The position numbers and the translations under genes are program-made. 64,000 nt of DNA from Octopus vulgaris. Lineage: Eukaryota. Positions 21,811 through 34,640 of the stretch are shown here, in pieces. The notes under the pieces were generated by a model that was not told the origin of the DNA, ran no database searches, and worked only from the letters and a program-made list of their open reading frames with translations. The stretch covers positions 104,160,001 to 104,224,000 of the forward strand of contig OX597816.1 of NCBI GenBank assembly GCA_951406725.2. The letters run 5' to 3'. The stretch's first letter is position 1, and the number at the start of each line of letters is the position of its first letter.

Positions 21811-22830
21811 TAATAAAAGGGTGAAATTAATTAATTAGGGATAATTATCAATTACACCAAGTAGATTTCGGTATGTAAAAGCCCCATTCGAGGAAAATTT
21901 AAGTAATACTAAGTAATTAAGGGTTTAGCAACGAATTGCCTCACCAACACACCGAATTTAGAAATAGCAGTCAAAGAGATATAGCTATTCCTTCTACTAA
22001 AAGGGGGATCTCAGTAAAAACACAGCACTTAAAAGGCAAACACAGACAGGTAAGAAAGAAAGAATGAAATGACGGCAATCCATCATGCAATTTTAAGTTA
22101 CCTACGGACGTACGTTTCGAGATCAAGTTTTAGGATATCATAAGAATTAGAAAATTCTACTTTACCCAGACTTCTTCTCTCATCGGCGCAGGATACTACA
22201 ATTGTGAATAATTGTATATTAAATTTTGAGATACTAGAATGCGTCATCTCAACTCAGTGTCAGAGCGAGCCAAAGCATGACCAGTACCACGAAATTCAAA
22301 GTTTGAATGAAAGTTTGTGTCACCAGCCCCCTTCCACCCGCGTGTAGCCAAGACAAAATGCTGTGGTCATTTACTGGGATAAAATATGGTTATCAGTAAT
22401 AATAAAAGGGTGAAATTAATTAATTAGGGATAATTATCAATTACACCAAGTAGATTTCGGTATGTAAAAGCCCCATTCGAGGAAAATTTAAGTAATACTT
22501 TTCTAAATTCGGTGTGTTGGTGAGGCAATTCGTTGCTAAACCCTTAATTACTTAGTATTACTTAAATTTTCCTCGAATGGGGCTTTTACATACCGAAATC
22601 TACTTGGTGTAATTGATAATTATCCCTAATTAATTAATTTCACCCTTTTATTATTACTGATAACCATGTTTTATCCCAGTAAATGACCACAGCATTTTGT
22701 CTTGGCTACACGCGGGTGGAAGGGGGCTGGTGACACAAACTTTCATTCAAACTTTGAATTTCGTGGTACTGGTCATGCTTTGGCTCGCTCTGACACTGAG
22801 TTGAGATGACGAAACCCTTAATTACTTAGT
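21811..22830 (-). mobile_element. Penelope pseudo-LTR / retrozyme-like non-coding element A in (TA)n
   Basis: 589-bp unit (21811-22399), direct repeat of its first ~100 bp (22400-22499), then an inverted segment (22500-22811). Contains a hammerhead motif. Confidence 0.75.
22101..22192 (-). ncRNA. Type I hammerhead ribozyme motif
   Basis: Minus strand: CCUGCG-CCGAUGA-GAGA[53 nt]UCUC-GAAA-C-GUAC-G-UC-CGUAGG. 6-bp stem I, GUC cleavage triplet. Confidence 0.8.
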
Positions 22831-23109
22831 ATATATATATATATATATAGGTTCGTAAATATGCGTACGTATATGTACACATGTAAAAATCTATGTATGC
22901 TTACGTATGGTAGTGCTTGTATATACATATAAATATTCGTGTGCATTGGTATGTATGTGTACACGTATGTTTGAGTGTATGCATGTATAGGTTCTCCCAC
23001 AAGCGTAGCGGATAGTTGTTTAACACGCTGTCAGCTTCTACGCTGTTTGTAGATAGATAAACTCATAATACTATATAATTGCGTGTACATACACGCATAC
23101 ACACGCACA

Positions 23110-23169
<60 letters not shown>

Positions 23170-23271
23170 TCTTTATGAATATAAGTATATATAGACATGT
23201 GCGTATATATAGGTATATATTCTGTATTCAAATTTGCTATGGGTTACTTACACTTACATAGGAATATGTGG

Positions 23272-23313
<42 letters not shown>

Positions 23314-23448
23314 GTATGTATGTATGTATGTATATATATATATATAAATATATGTATATATACAAATATGCACACATATAAACATATAAATTGTATATAC
23401 TGTATTATGTATGTGGATATATGTATATGTATGTATATATGCCTGTGA

Positions 23449-23536
<88 letters not shown>

Positions 23537-23555
23537 GATATAGATAGATAGATAC

Positions 23556-23616
<61 letters not shown>

Positions 23617-24007
23617 TTGATAGATAGATGTTTCAGGAACATTATTTGTACGACTATTGCGAAGTTTTATTTTTACTTGTCGTTTTAAATAAATAATTTA
23701 CTTCCAGAATGAATAAATAAGTAAATAAAAAAAATAGCACTTCAAAGGGAAATACTGCCAGTCATCATTTTATACTTTCAATTTTTTTTTTGTTTTTACG
23801 ATTGGTACCTGTTCACATGTTGGCGGACTTTCGCACGAAAAGCTAACTGCTTTTAGTTATACAATCTGTCTTGATGATGATGGAATAAGAAACACCGACA
23901 CACCTTTTAGTAACGTTTTACTGATTCTGTCAGTCTGTCTCCCTCTCTCTACCCGTCTCTTTCTATTTCTCTCCTTCTCTCTCTCTCTCTCTCCCTTCTT
24001 TTCTCTT

Positions 24008-24050
<43 letters not shown>

Positions 24051-24150
24051 GTTGCATGCATATAGCTATCTCCCCTCTATTCGCCTATAGACATACATAT
24101 ATGTGTAAATATATATATATATATATATAGATATAGATACAGATACAGAT

Positions 24151-24216
<66 letters not shown>

Positions 24217-24414
24217 ATATATTTGTGTGTCTGTATGTAAATATCTGTGTGCAACTAGTGTTAGTTTGTTTATGTCCAAGTAACCTAGCTTCTTGCCAAT
24301 AGTGACCGATAGAATACGTACCATACCTAATAAAAAGCAAATACTGGAATCGATTCCTTCGACTGAAACCCTTCCGAGACGGTGTGTTTTGTGTATGAGT
24401 ATTTGTGTGTTTGT

Positions 24415-24454
<40 letters not shown>

Positions 24455-25350
24455 ATGTGTGAGTTTGTGTATATACATATATACGCTTTTATTGAAATCA
24501 CTGATATTGTCACCAAAACATTATTGCTATCAAAATTAATGGGTCTTTACTTAAAATGAATTACACATTATCCGCTTATTAGAATTACAGCGTTGGATAT
24601 TGCTTTCAAAATATTTAAGTAGACCGATGCAGCACCGTTACAACCGCCGTGGACATCAAAAGAAACATTCTAGGCACGGATACCTGATAAATATAAGACG
24701 ATGGTTGTGGTAGCCGTGAAACTGTATGTTGGAGTTATATGTGGAGTTACTAGTGTGTTGTGTGAGGTTGGGGTGGCTGGCGGTATTATTGAGTATGTGT
24801 ATGTAAAATAGACTGTAAAATAGACACACACAGACACACATACACACACAAAGATTTTCGTAAAAGTTATTAGCTATTTCAAAAAAATTCAAAATGGAAT
24901 AACACGAATCGTATGGAAAGAAGTTTCTGTATTGTGTCGAAACGTTCTCCTTTTCGACTTTTTAAAATACTTCGGAGAAATAGTATTGCAAGCTGATTAC
25001 TCTTTTTTTTTTTAACGGAGACGACAGTTCACAACAAGATTTATCTGAAAATTTTCTAAAGAAGGAATCCTAACACTGAAATATTGAAATATATTGAAAT
25101 ACGACGTAAAAGTTCAAATTATCGACCCATATTATTTCATATTTTTATTGTTTTAAATTGAAAAAAAATATGAATAATAAGAATTTCTATATATACACAT
25201 GCATATATCCTTTAAGCTGGTTTACAGAAAACATTTTTGTGTATGCTTATAAAAGCTCCTGTTTTATTATGCCGGCTACAGCATAATACAGGTGTATTGA
25301 GCTGTGTTTATATAATGTATGATAAATATAGTAATAATAATGATAATAAT

Positions 25351-25385
<35 letters not shown>

Positions 25386-25386
<1 letters not shown>

Positions 25387-26160
25387 TCGAATCCTATCTT
25401 TCTGATCATATCTTGAGAATTGCATGCGGTGCATGAAGTTCTGAAACATGTACAGAACTTCATGCCCCGCTTGCAATTCTCTGGATGTGATCAGAAAGAT
25501 AGGGTTCGAGTATACAGGAGTGCTAGAAAGAAGTTAGATAACATTATATGCAATGATACCAGTGGTACCTGCCCTAGATATAGAAACAAACACTTGAACA
25601 GGATACAAACAGGGTGAAAACGTAGTATAAAACCAACAAACATCAAGGAGTGATGTGTGTAGAGGCCACAGCCCATAGAGAACTATCCCGTAGATTTAGG
25701 AATGCTCTGAAGGAGACCAAACTCAACATTAAGACTGTTGAAAAGTCAGGGAACTCCGTTAGATTACAACTATGTAGGACGTACCCCTTTGAGAATACCA
25801 TATGCACCAAAGATAACTGCATGGGATGTAGGATTAGCCCTGGCATTAACTGTAGAACTAGAAATGTAGTTTACAGCATAAGATGCTTAGAATGTGCTTG
25901 TAAAGCCATGAACATGACATACATAGGGAAGACATCTAAGAGCATTGCAGAATGACTAAATGAACAGTTGAGACAATATGACGACAAAAAACAGCCCTCC
26001 ATACTCTACCAATATGCCAAGGATAAACATGGAGGGAACCTGGGTCAACTTGACATCCGCATTTTATCCAAGCACCCAAAGGACCCAATACTCAGACAAA
26101 TACTGGAGTACGTCCTCATGAATGAAACATCCCCTGTACTAAATAGGAAATATACGTAGT
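25386..26160 (+). pseudogene. Penelope-like retroelement fragment: RT thumb/linker and GIY-YIG endonuclease
   Basis: CTKDNCMGC...NCRTRNVVYSIRCLEC...YIGKTSKSIAE*LNEQ...KHGG...LRQILEYVLMNETSPVLN, i.e. a Cys-rich linker, VVY/YIG motif and terminal LN; in-frame stops present. Confidence 0.88.
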
Positions 26161-27377
26161 AGATATCATACCCCCATAACCACAAGTAGAGTAGAATAGT
26201 TAGTGAGCTGTTATCTAGATAGATGTATGTGTGAGTGTGTATATGTGTATATGTGTATGCACATTTATGTAGGCATATGGATATGAATGTAAGCAGATAG
26301 ACATACAGACTGTTAGGCACATAAGTTATATGAACAGACAAGCACTCATACACACACATACATAAATGAAGACTGAAACACATGACCATATAGATGTTTA
26401 TATTTTAACCACTGAGTTTGTCTTTTGCCTCGGTATTTTACTCGAGCACTTCTATTTACCACCCTATATTTATTTTATTTTTCGATTCCTATAAGGAGAA
26501 ACGAAATTTGAAAGTTTTCAAAAATCACTAGGACATTTCAATGCAAATTCTCATATGAATGTTATTCAAACATTTTCAAGTTTTCAACCGATTTTCTTGA
26601 AAATTTTATACACAGATGGAATATGGGATGAGGATGGGTTTAGACAAATATATTTTTTACCTAGGCCACTCAAGCAAAGAGTAAGATGATTTTTGATTAA
26701 CTGATTAACGAAATTTGGCCTAAATTGTTTTGGGGTTAAAATGTTCATCATTTATTTCAGCATTCTCAGGTTGCTGTAACATTTATTTTCTTAACACCTG
26801 CACTCAAAATTACTAAAATATGTAACATGTATTTTCTTAACACCTGTACTTTATATTGTTGGCTCTAATTGTTGCAATCGATATTTGATTCTCACAATCA
26901 GTGGAACTATACACATGAAACACAGTCGTCTCGGTTTGCAAGAAAATTTGTCCCCAAATAATCATTTTTAATGCCTTTTTTCACTCCTCATAGCATCTTA
27001 CGACTCTTATGACCACTACGTTGTCGCCCCTTCATTCCGACCGTTTTTGTAAGTATAAAATCTCTTTTCTGTAAATAATTTTTTGTTTACTTTTCAAACT
27101 TTTATGTTCTTTTTTTTCTCATAGCATTCCTTTACAATTCCGTTCTTGATGTTTCCATTGATTATATACTTGCAGCTTTCCACTCATCTGACCAAACGAT
27201 TGTAATTTTTAGGTTACACGCGTATTTATTTGTATTCTTTCGGGAATGAATTTACTTACGCCTCCCCATGTCTTGATTTCATTTTTCGTTTGAGAAATTA
27301 GGCATTGTAATGGGCACTGGGAATATCCCTGCTTCCTGGCATTATCGGTTTCCTCAATTAGTCTCTCTCTCTCTCCT

Positions 27378-27498
<121 letters not shown>

Positions 27499-28492
27499 AT
27501 GTATATATATATATATATATATACAGAGATAAATATTTAGGTAGATAGATAAATAGAGAAAGCGAGAGAGACAGACAGACATACAGAGGGAGAGAGAAGG
27601 AGATGCAGGGACAGAGACAGTAAGAATTACATATTGTCTCCTTTCACGTGTATTTTAGTTATTTGAGTCATCTGCTACGGCGCAAAAGGATTGCAGGAGC
27701 TTCTCCTGACTGATTTTGTACAGACACCATGCCTTATGATTAAGTAGAATACGAAAAGGAAGCAATGAGTTCAGGACGATGAAGCAACCAAGTTAGAAGA
27801 TTACCAAATAACTGATAATGATATATAGCTGCGTGGGAGTTGATTCTAATGGAAAAGCAAACATGTACGATGTCATGAAATTAGAGAGATTGAAATTTCT
27901 GTAGTGACTATCTTTTATGATACATAGTTATTTTTTATTCAGAAGAAATATATAAATGTCGTCTTCGAAATTGGTTCAATTTTTGTAATTCGATGAAGTC
28001 TTTCAACTACCGTGTATCTGCTGTCTGGGCCCCCGCATACGCAAACACGTTAACATCTACGTATATTACGTGCGCGAGTATGTATGTATGTGTGTGTGTG
28101 TTTGTGTGCATGGGTGTGTGTTTATGTGTGTGTCCGCATATATACCTTTTTCTGCTTGTGTGTATTCATGTATCTGTGTAAGTGTAAGTTAGCTTCTTCT
28201 CCAATATAGCCTTTCTTCTTTCTTGTCCTTCCTTTTCACTCATTCATTAATATGGTGTTTACGAACACCATATTAATGAACTCAGTATGGTGCCTGACAC
28301 AGATGTATTGATATTCTCATTAAAACGCCATAGATGGATTTCCTACAAAAGGTAGCCAGTAGAATTGCTAGACCATTGTTGTTTTACCCCAGTTAGAGAC
28401 AGATTCGAATTACAGATAGAAATCTTATTGTGGTGTGAGACGAAGTCACCATCAAAAATTTTTTGGTATTCTTTTTAATCCATACTTAACAT

Positions 28493-29309
28493 CTAGCATG
28501 TGCGTTGCCTGATGGAAAGTCATAGCAGCATACAATACCTATCACAATATGCGGCAGATTAAAATTAATATGGTACCTCTAACAATGCTGTATACAAATA
28601 AAAGACACAAAGCAACATCAGCTATAAGATAATTCCAGACCTTGGACATTACAAAAAAAAAGTGTAGAACGATGGCGGAACTAGAATAATGAATAGTCCA
28701 GATCTAGATCTACGTTTCGAGCATTGTCTTGTGTGAAATATACACGCTGGCCATTTTCAAGATGTACAGGTAGATTCACTACTGTTGGATGCCGCTCGTG
28801 GTTTTTGAAGCCCTCATTGGAAGAAATATACCTGCCCAACTTATACTGCTGAATTTCATTTGCCTGCCTGTCCTCCTGTTCAAATCCCAAAACCGCCATA
28901 TCTGAGCATTTATGGATGTATTTATGTACATATTTAATACTTTTTATAGAGTTTCATGACACAATATTAACATGGGCCAGCAATGTTTTAGACAGCAATG
29001 GGTTGCAGGGCACGATCCACCTGTTGTCAATTTCCATCCCTTGACCACCTACTTTGAGCTTGGTACTGTTTAGGGTTATTTCCCTTGGCTGTTAAAGGAA
29101 AATATATTAGTTATATATGTGAACCCCTTCTAGGGGCCCTAACAATCAAATTATAGATTTTTTTAATTAAACTTCAATGAGCGTAGTAAAAAATTGAATA
29201 TTACTTTAACATGTTTGCAAAGTTTCACGAAAATTCGTTAACGGGTGTAGATGGCAACATGACACAAACAGACGTCCAAACAGACAACTTGCGTTTATGT
29301 ATTTTTAGA
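28493..29309 (-). mobile_element. Internally deleted Helitron carrying a RepHel coding fragment (~28690-29070)
   Basis: Minus translation IDNRWIVPCNPLLSK...SIKYVHKYIHK...DMAVLG...NEIQQYKLGRYISSNE...HERHPTVVNLPVHLENGQRVYF. 5' TC at 29309; degenerate hairpin/CTAG end at ~28493 (less certain). Confidence 0.8.
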
Positions 29310-29486
29310 TTATAATCCTGGTTATCGCCTCATTAACACACCATGCAGAATCGTGACTGGCGTAGTATTCAAAAATCAAAAGCAGAGGCTTAAGACTTCG
29401 ATTGGCACTAAAGAAAGCACTACACAATTCCAAGGTAAGATCCAGCAGGCTTATATTATATAAGCCCCGCAAAGTGAATAATAAAA

Positions 29487-29862
29487 TAACTTAAATAAAG
29501 AAAGAAGTCAAAATGACATTACAATTGTTTTCGTAAACAGTCAATATCATTTATTCCATGTAACATAATATTTTATGCATTCATACAATGGTATATAACA
29601 CAACATAATATATGGAAATATGCATTATTCCTTTAGCCCATTCACTTCTTCGGATGTCATGATTTGAAGGCGCGATCGATCTTCGAATGAAGACATCCTT
29701 CAAATCAAGACATTCGAAGAAGCGAATGGGCTAAAGGAATGTTATCACATATTTCCATATATCATGTCATATATTACATAACATTGTATGCTATATGGAA
29801 TAACTGATATCGCCCATTTACGAAAACAATTACAATGTCATTTTGACTCCTTTCCTCAGTTA
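29487..29862. mobile_element. Foldback (palindromic) MITE-like element
   Basis: Imperfect inverted arms of ~170-180 bp, e.g. GTCAAAATGACATT/AATGTCATTTTGAC, ATTCCTTTAGCCCATTC/GAATGGGCTAAAGGAAT, TGATTTGAAGG/CCTTCAAATCA, centred near 29685. Confidence 0.8.
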
Positions 29863-30937
29863 AATTGTGTGTGTGTATGTGTAAGAGTGTACTTATACGC
29901 GCGCTACACGCAAATATTTATACCTCAATTATTACAGGGGGCACAAAATTACACTGAGTGATGTTTCTAGTAATAGAAATATGGAGTGTATGTTGTGATG
30001 TTTATACCTCTCTGAATAATGGTAGTATCGTAAAGGGCTGTCAAATGCTTTAGATATGGAATCGAAAGCTTATCGATGATTAGTTAATTAGTTTGATTCT
30101 TTGAATTCTAAGTATTGACTCAATACGCACGCGCGCGCGCACGCACATACACACACATGCACATACACACACACACACACACACGCGCGCGCACACACAC
30201 AATAACATCGATACAAAGAGACCCACTCCTCAACTCATGCACACAAGCACAAACATCTTTTTGTAGACAAACATGTTCACACGCACATAAATACACACCC
30301 ATGTAATACAAGCACGCATTCAAGTCAGAACTACACGTGCGTGTACACACATGCATAGTTATACTCACATATTACAACTATCTTTGTTTACTTTGAATTT
30401 TTCTCAGACAATGTTCTCTCCACCCACTTCTATAATTTTACTCTCTTTTCTTATCTAGTATTTAATTCTCTTCTGGTTCTTTCTTCCTTACTCTCTCTCT
30501 CTTTCCCTCTTTCTCTATTACGGGCTGTGATCTATACTCTTTTCTTTACACGAGTCATATTTTTTTTATCGATGTCTCTTCATTCAACCTATTTTTCCTT
30601 TTACAAATACTTATTTATAAACTACTAAACTTTACCGACTACAACCTAAGTGAAGCTGGTAACTTGAAAATCAATACAGCCATCTTTCTTTCTTTAGATC
30701 TCTCCTTGTCTCTGTGTATGTGTCTCTTTCTCTGTCTATCTCCCTCTTTCGTTCCTTTTACTCCCCCTCCTGTTTTTTCAACAACTTTATTTGTGTGTGT
30801 TTGTTTCTCACATACAACTGCAGAAACACACATTTCAAATGTGAGAGTGTGCATTATCTAATCACACATACATACCCACCAACACGTGCGCACACACATG
30901 TATGAATATGTTTGTATGTGCGTGTGTGAATGTAGAA

Positions 30938-30990
<53 letters not shown>

Positions 30991-31559
30991 CGTGTATATG
31001 GGTGTGTGTATGAGTGTGTATGTCTATGTGTGTGTGTGTGTGCTCGCAAAAGTATACATATATTCATTCAATCGTTCACACATAAATGTATTCGTACATA
31101 CATACATACATACATACATACATACGTACATACATACATACATACATACATACATACATACAGACAGACAGACAGACATACATACATACAGACATACATA
31201 GTTTAATGATGTTCTCATTTCAGTCAGTTTGTTTTCTCAGCAACGTATAACACATAAACTGATAAACTGATCTTAACAGTTTCTATTTAAGTATTTAAGC
31301 ATTTTCCTTGTGTAAATAGTAAGTGAAATATTTATCATTTTACACAAGTTTGAATAATTCAGTATTAACCGGTTAAGTCTGATCATTATCTATCTGTCTC
31401 AGATAAACCACCTATAACACATATTTATGTCAAGAAAACAGTTTGGCGACACTATACCCTCGTTATGTGAATAGTAAACGTAGAAGTATAATTGACAAAT
31501 ACGATATAAATACTAGACTAGACCTTATTATTTCTTATGATCTCTTATTGCACATGCAC

Positions 31560-33070
31560 AAACACTCCAGTACAACATTAACAAAACAAGCATAATAGGG
31601 TTCGTAATACCCTAAAAGAGCGCAGGAGATTTCTTCTTGGAAATCCTAATTTCACTATTGGCTTCCATAAATAGACGTCGTACGTGCCTCTACTTCCATA
31701 TCGGCTCCAAATCGCGTACATAAAATCTACGTATTTTCTGCAAAAGTCGTTTAATCAGGAGGAAAAGAAAACTAAAGAAAAATGAAACGTAGAACACTAT
31801 AATGTCCTACCAAAATTCCTTTCCCAGAAATATTTTAAAGATTTCCACAGGATGAAAGTAAAGTTTGCCGAGAGAAGGATACACATCTGGTGCGGTACTT
31901 ACTAAAAATTTCCTTGTAGTAATTCCGAAAAGCCTTAATCATAAACAAAATTTGTGACCCTGCTGCAGCGAACATGTTTCTTCAACTCCTTGCCCTCCTT
32001 TCCTAGAACTGTGTTGTTGACGAGGCTGCCTGTAAAATGTTGTGACTTCTATTATAGTCTTTTTCCAGCTGTTGCTGCTTTCGTTTCTCTTCTTGTTGCT
32101 ACTGTTTTTACTGTATTCCTTGTTACTCTTTTTGGTCTTGTCATTATTGTCGTATATATCGCAGCTTCTTTATTCTGATGTCGTCGTTTTTCTTTTGCTC
32201 TAGTTGTGGTTGTTGTAGTTCTTGTGGCTGATATTGTGATTGTTGGATTGCCGAATGGTCACAACTTTTCCGATGAGTTGTTTGCTTGCTGCAGCCACAC
32301 TTTAGGACCTGGGGATCGGGCTGTTCTTTTTTTTGTTCTAGACTGCCTTTAGGGCTTCGTCCACATTTGAAGTCTCAGGAAATGTGGCGTGAGTTGTTAA
32401 AATTGATTTGATTTACTGTGATGTATTTGTTGTTAGTGTACCTGGTGGTAGTGATGGTGATAGTAATAGTGGTGGTTGAGAAACCCTTTTAAGAGCCCTT
32501 CTGCGTATGTTACTTGTTGCCATTGTTTCTCCTGCTGGCACTGATATTGTTTTTGTAATTGCATTTGTCATAGTGTTTGTAGCAATGGTTGAGAGTAGCG
32601 TTAACTTCCTGTTATTCATTATAATGTACCGGGATGGTAAATGCAATAAAACGGTCCATTTCAAGTCTTCCTGCTTTCGTAATTATGGCCCGTTTTATCG
32701 CATGTACCATCCTGGCCTCAACTTTTCCCGTCTACTACTAGTCGTATTTCTTCTCAGTACTCGAAAATAAAATACCTAGAGATACCTGCCAGATCTTCAT
32801 ATGGGACGAACAGCCGGAAAGCCTTCAATATCCTGTTTGTTTTTCCGGGAAATTGACTTCAAACTTCTTACCCGTTTTCCTTTATCATTGCTGTCACCCT
32901 TGTCTACTTCATGTAGAATGGAACATTACTAACGTTTATATTTGTTGCTCTATTCTTGTTTTATTCAAGAGGCATAATATATTCTTGGGATGTACAAGTA
33001 GTTGTGGCTTCCTTTTGTCACATATGTTATTCTGTATCACACCTCTGGCGAACATTTTCAACATGTACAG
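31560..33070 (-). mobile_element. Heavily degraded non-LTR retrotransposon relic, possibly R4/Dong-like
   Basis: Only weak remnants such as ARSPGPKVWL (KSPGPD-like) near 32300 and composition resembling the 37600-39760 relic; no open frame. Confidence 0.3.
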
Positions 33071-34354
33071 CGCTTTGTAATTTCAACCTCCTCTAGCATC
33101 TGTTGATGAACTTGGAAATAATCGTTTTTTTTTTGTTTCGTTTATCTTTTCAGCTGGAAGCTGGAACACTGCGTCGAGTTATGTCACGTTTGGATTTTTC
33201 AGATACAATATTTTTCCTCACAGGAACTATGTTACCAATTGGCTTTGTGACAGACGTAAACGAAACCACTATTGCTTTTGGTGTCCTCATAGTTCTCGTC
33301 ATCATTGCTGTTGCTTTGTTACTGCTGTTGTTGCTCTTCTTATTGTTGTTAATTGTTTCACAGCAAACGGCAGCAAAATTTTCCGGAATGGTGAGTGACT
33401 TTATTATGACTGCAAGTCATGCTACTGTTAAAAGAAATGCGAGCAATATTTATCCCCCATTCTCCCTCATTGTTTCTTATGCATTCACTTATACTCCTTT
33501 TTGATTCATTCCTGTCAGTTAAACATGAATTCTTAAATTTGTATAAACTCTGTAATTGAGTAAATGCAATATTTAAAAGAGACTATTACTCTGAGTGACC
33601 AAATCGATCACATAGGAAAAAAGATTCACCAAAAAGGAACGTAACAGTTCCTCTGTAGAACTGACAAAAGAATATTAACGCTAACATAGATCAATTAAAG
33701 TGAAAATAGCAAAATTCTTGAACTGTTAAAATGCTACAATTGAGCGTGCCTTTTCCGCCAACAGGTACCAGATACCTATGATTTGATAATGCAGATTGAT
33801 ACCTAGCAATCTAATATCGGAAGGATAACAACGAAATAGTGAATAAACGAGAGGGGCAACAGAAGTGGCAGCAGCAACAAAAACTATTCTGATTTAGGTA
33901 CAAGGCAAGTAGTTTGGGGGGAGAAGATAGTAGTCGATGCCATCAACCCCAGTGCTTGACAAGTACTTAATTTTGTCGTTCCTGAAATAAAGAAAAAGAT
34001 CTTTGAATTCACAGCGTAGGGTGTGTGGTAGAAATATTTTCTGTTGGTCTAACGACATTGCCAGTACACCACTATTAATAGTATTATTTTAATGCAAGCA
34101 CAATCCCCAGTAGTTTTGAGGAAACGCGATAAGCCGATATTGTCAATCTCATTACATGAGAGGTACTTTAGGTTTTTGACCTCGAAAGGATGAAAGCAAA
34201 GTTAAAATCGCTGAGATTTAAAATATAAATGTAACGAAGCGGAGGAAATGCTGTAAAGCATCTTTCTCACGCGCTAACTCTTTTGAGAGCTCACCACCCT
34301 AATAATGATGATGATGATGATGACGACGACGACAACGACGACGATGATGATGAT

Positions 34355-34490
34355 AGCTCCATGAAACTGTGTTATTAGGGAGAGCTAGACTACTTAGGAG
34401 GGTTCTTGGCATCTAAGGTTACTTCTTGTAGCCCGATGTTAGGAATTTTTTCTTTTCCAACAGTTTAATCAATTGTGCATATACGAAATA
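34355..34490 (+). mobile_element. 3' terminus of an R4/Dong-like LINE (extremely 5'-truncated)
   Basis: LHETVLLGRARLLRRVLGI* resembles the R4/Dong C-terminus (LQKxVLLGTARILRRVL). Short 3' UTR, flanked on both sides by trinucleotide repeats. Confidence 0.7.
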
Positions 34491-34600
34491 ACAACAACAA
34501 CAACAACAACACTACCACCACCACCACCACCACCACCACCACCACCACCACCACCACCACCACCACCACCACCACCACCACCACCACCACCACCACCACC

Positions 34601-34632
<32 letters not shown>

Positions 34633-34640
34633 CAGCAGCA
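34490..34640. repeat. (AAC)n-(CAC)n-(AAC)n compound microsatellite
   Basis: Seen directly. Confidence 0.97.

Noticed and set aside
21811-22830. CRISPR-like or LTR-retrotransposon interpretation of the direct and inverted repeats
   Set aside because: No regular short repeat-spacer array, no TG...CA termini, PBS or PPT; hammerhead and layout fit Penelope/retrozyme biology.
26900-27300. Possible Merlin/ISXO2-like transposase remnant (IVWSDEWKA on the minus strand)
   Set aside because: Single short motif with no TIRs or further motifs found; too weak to annotate.
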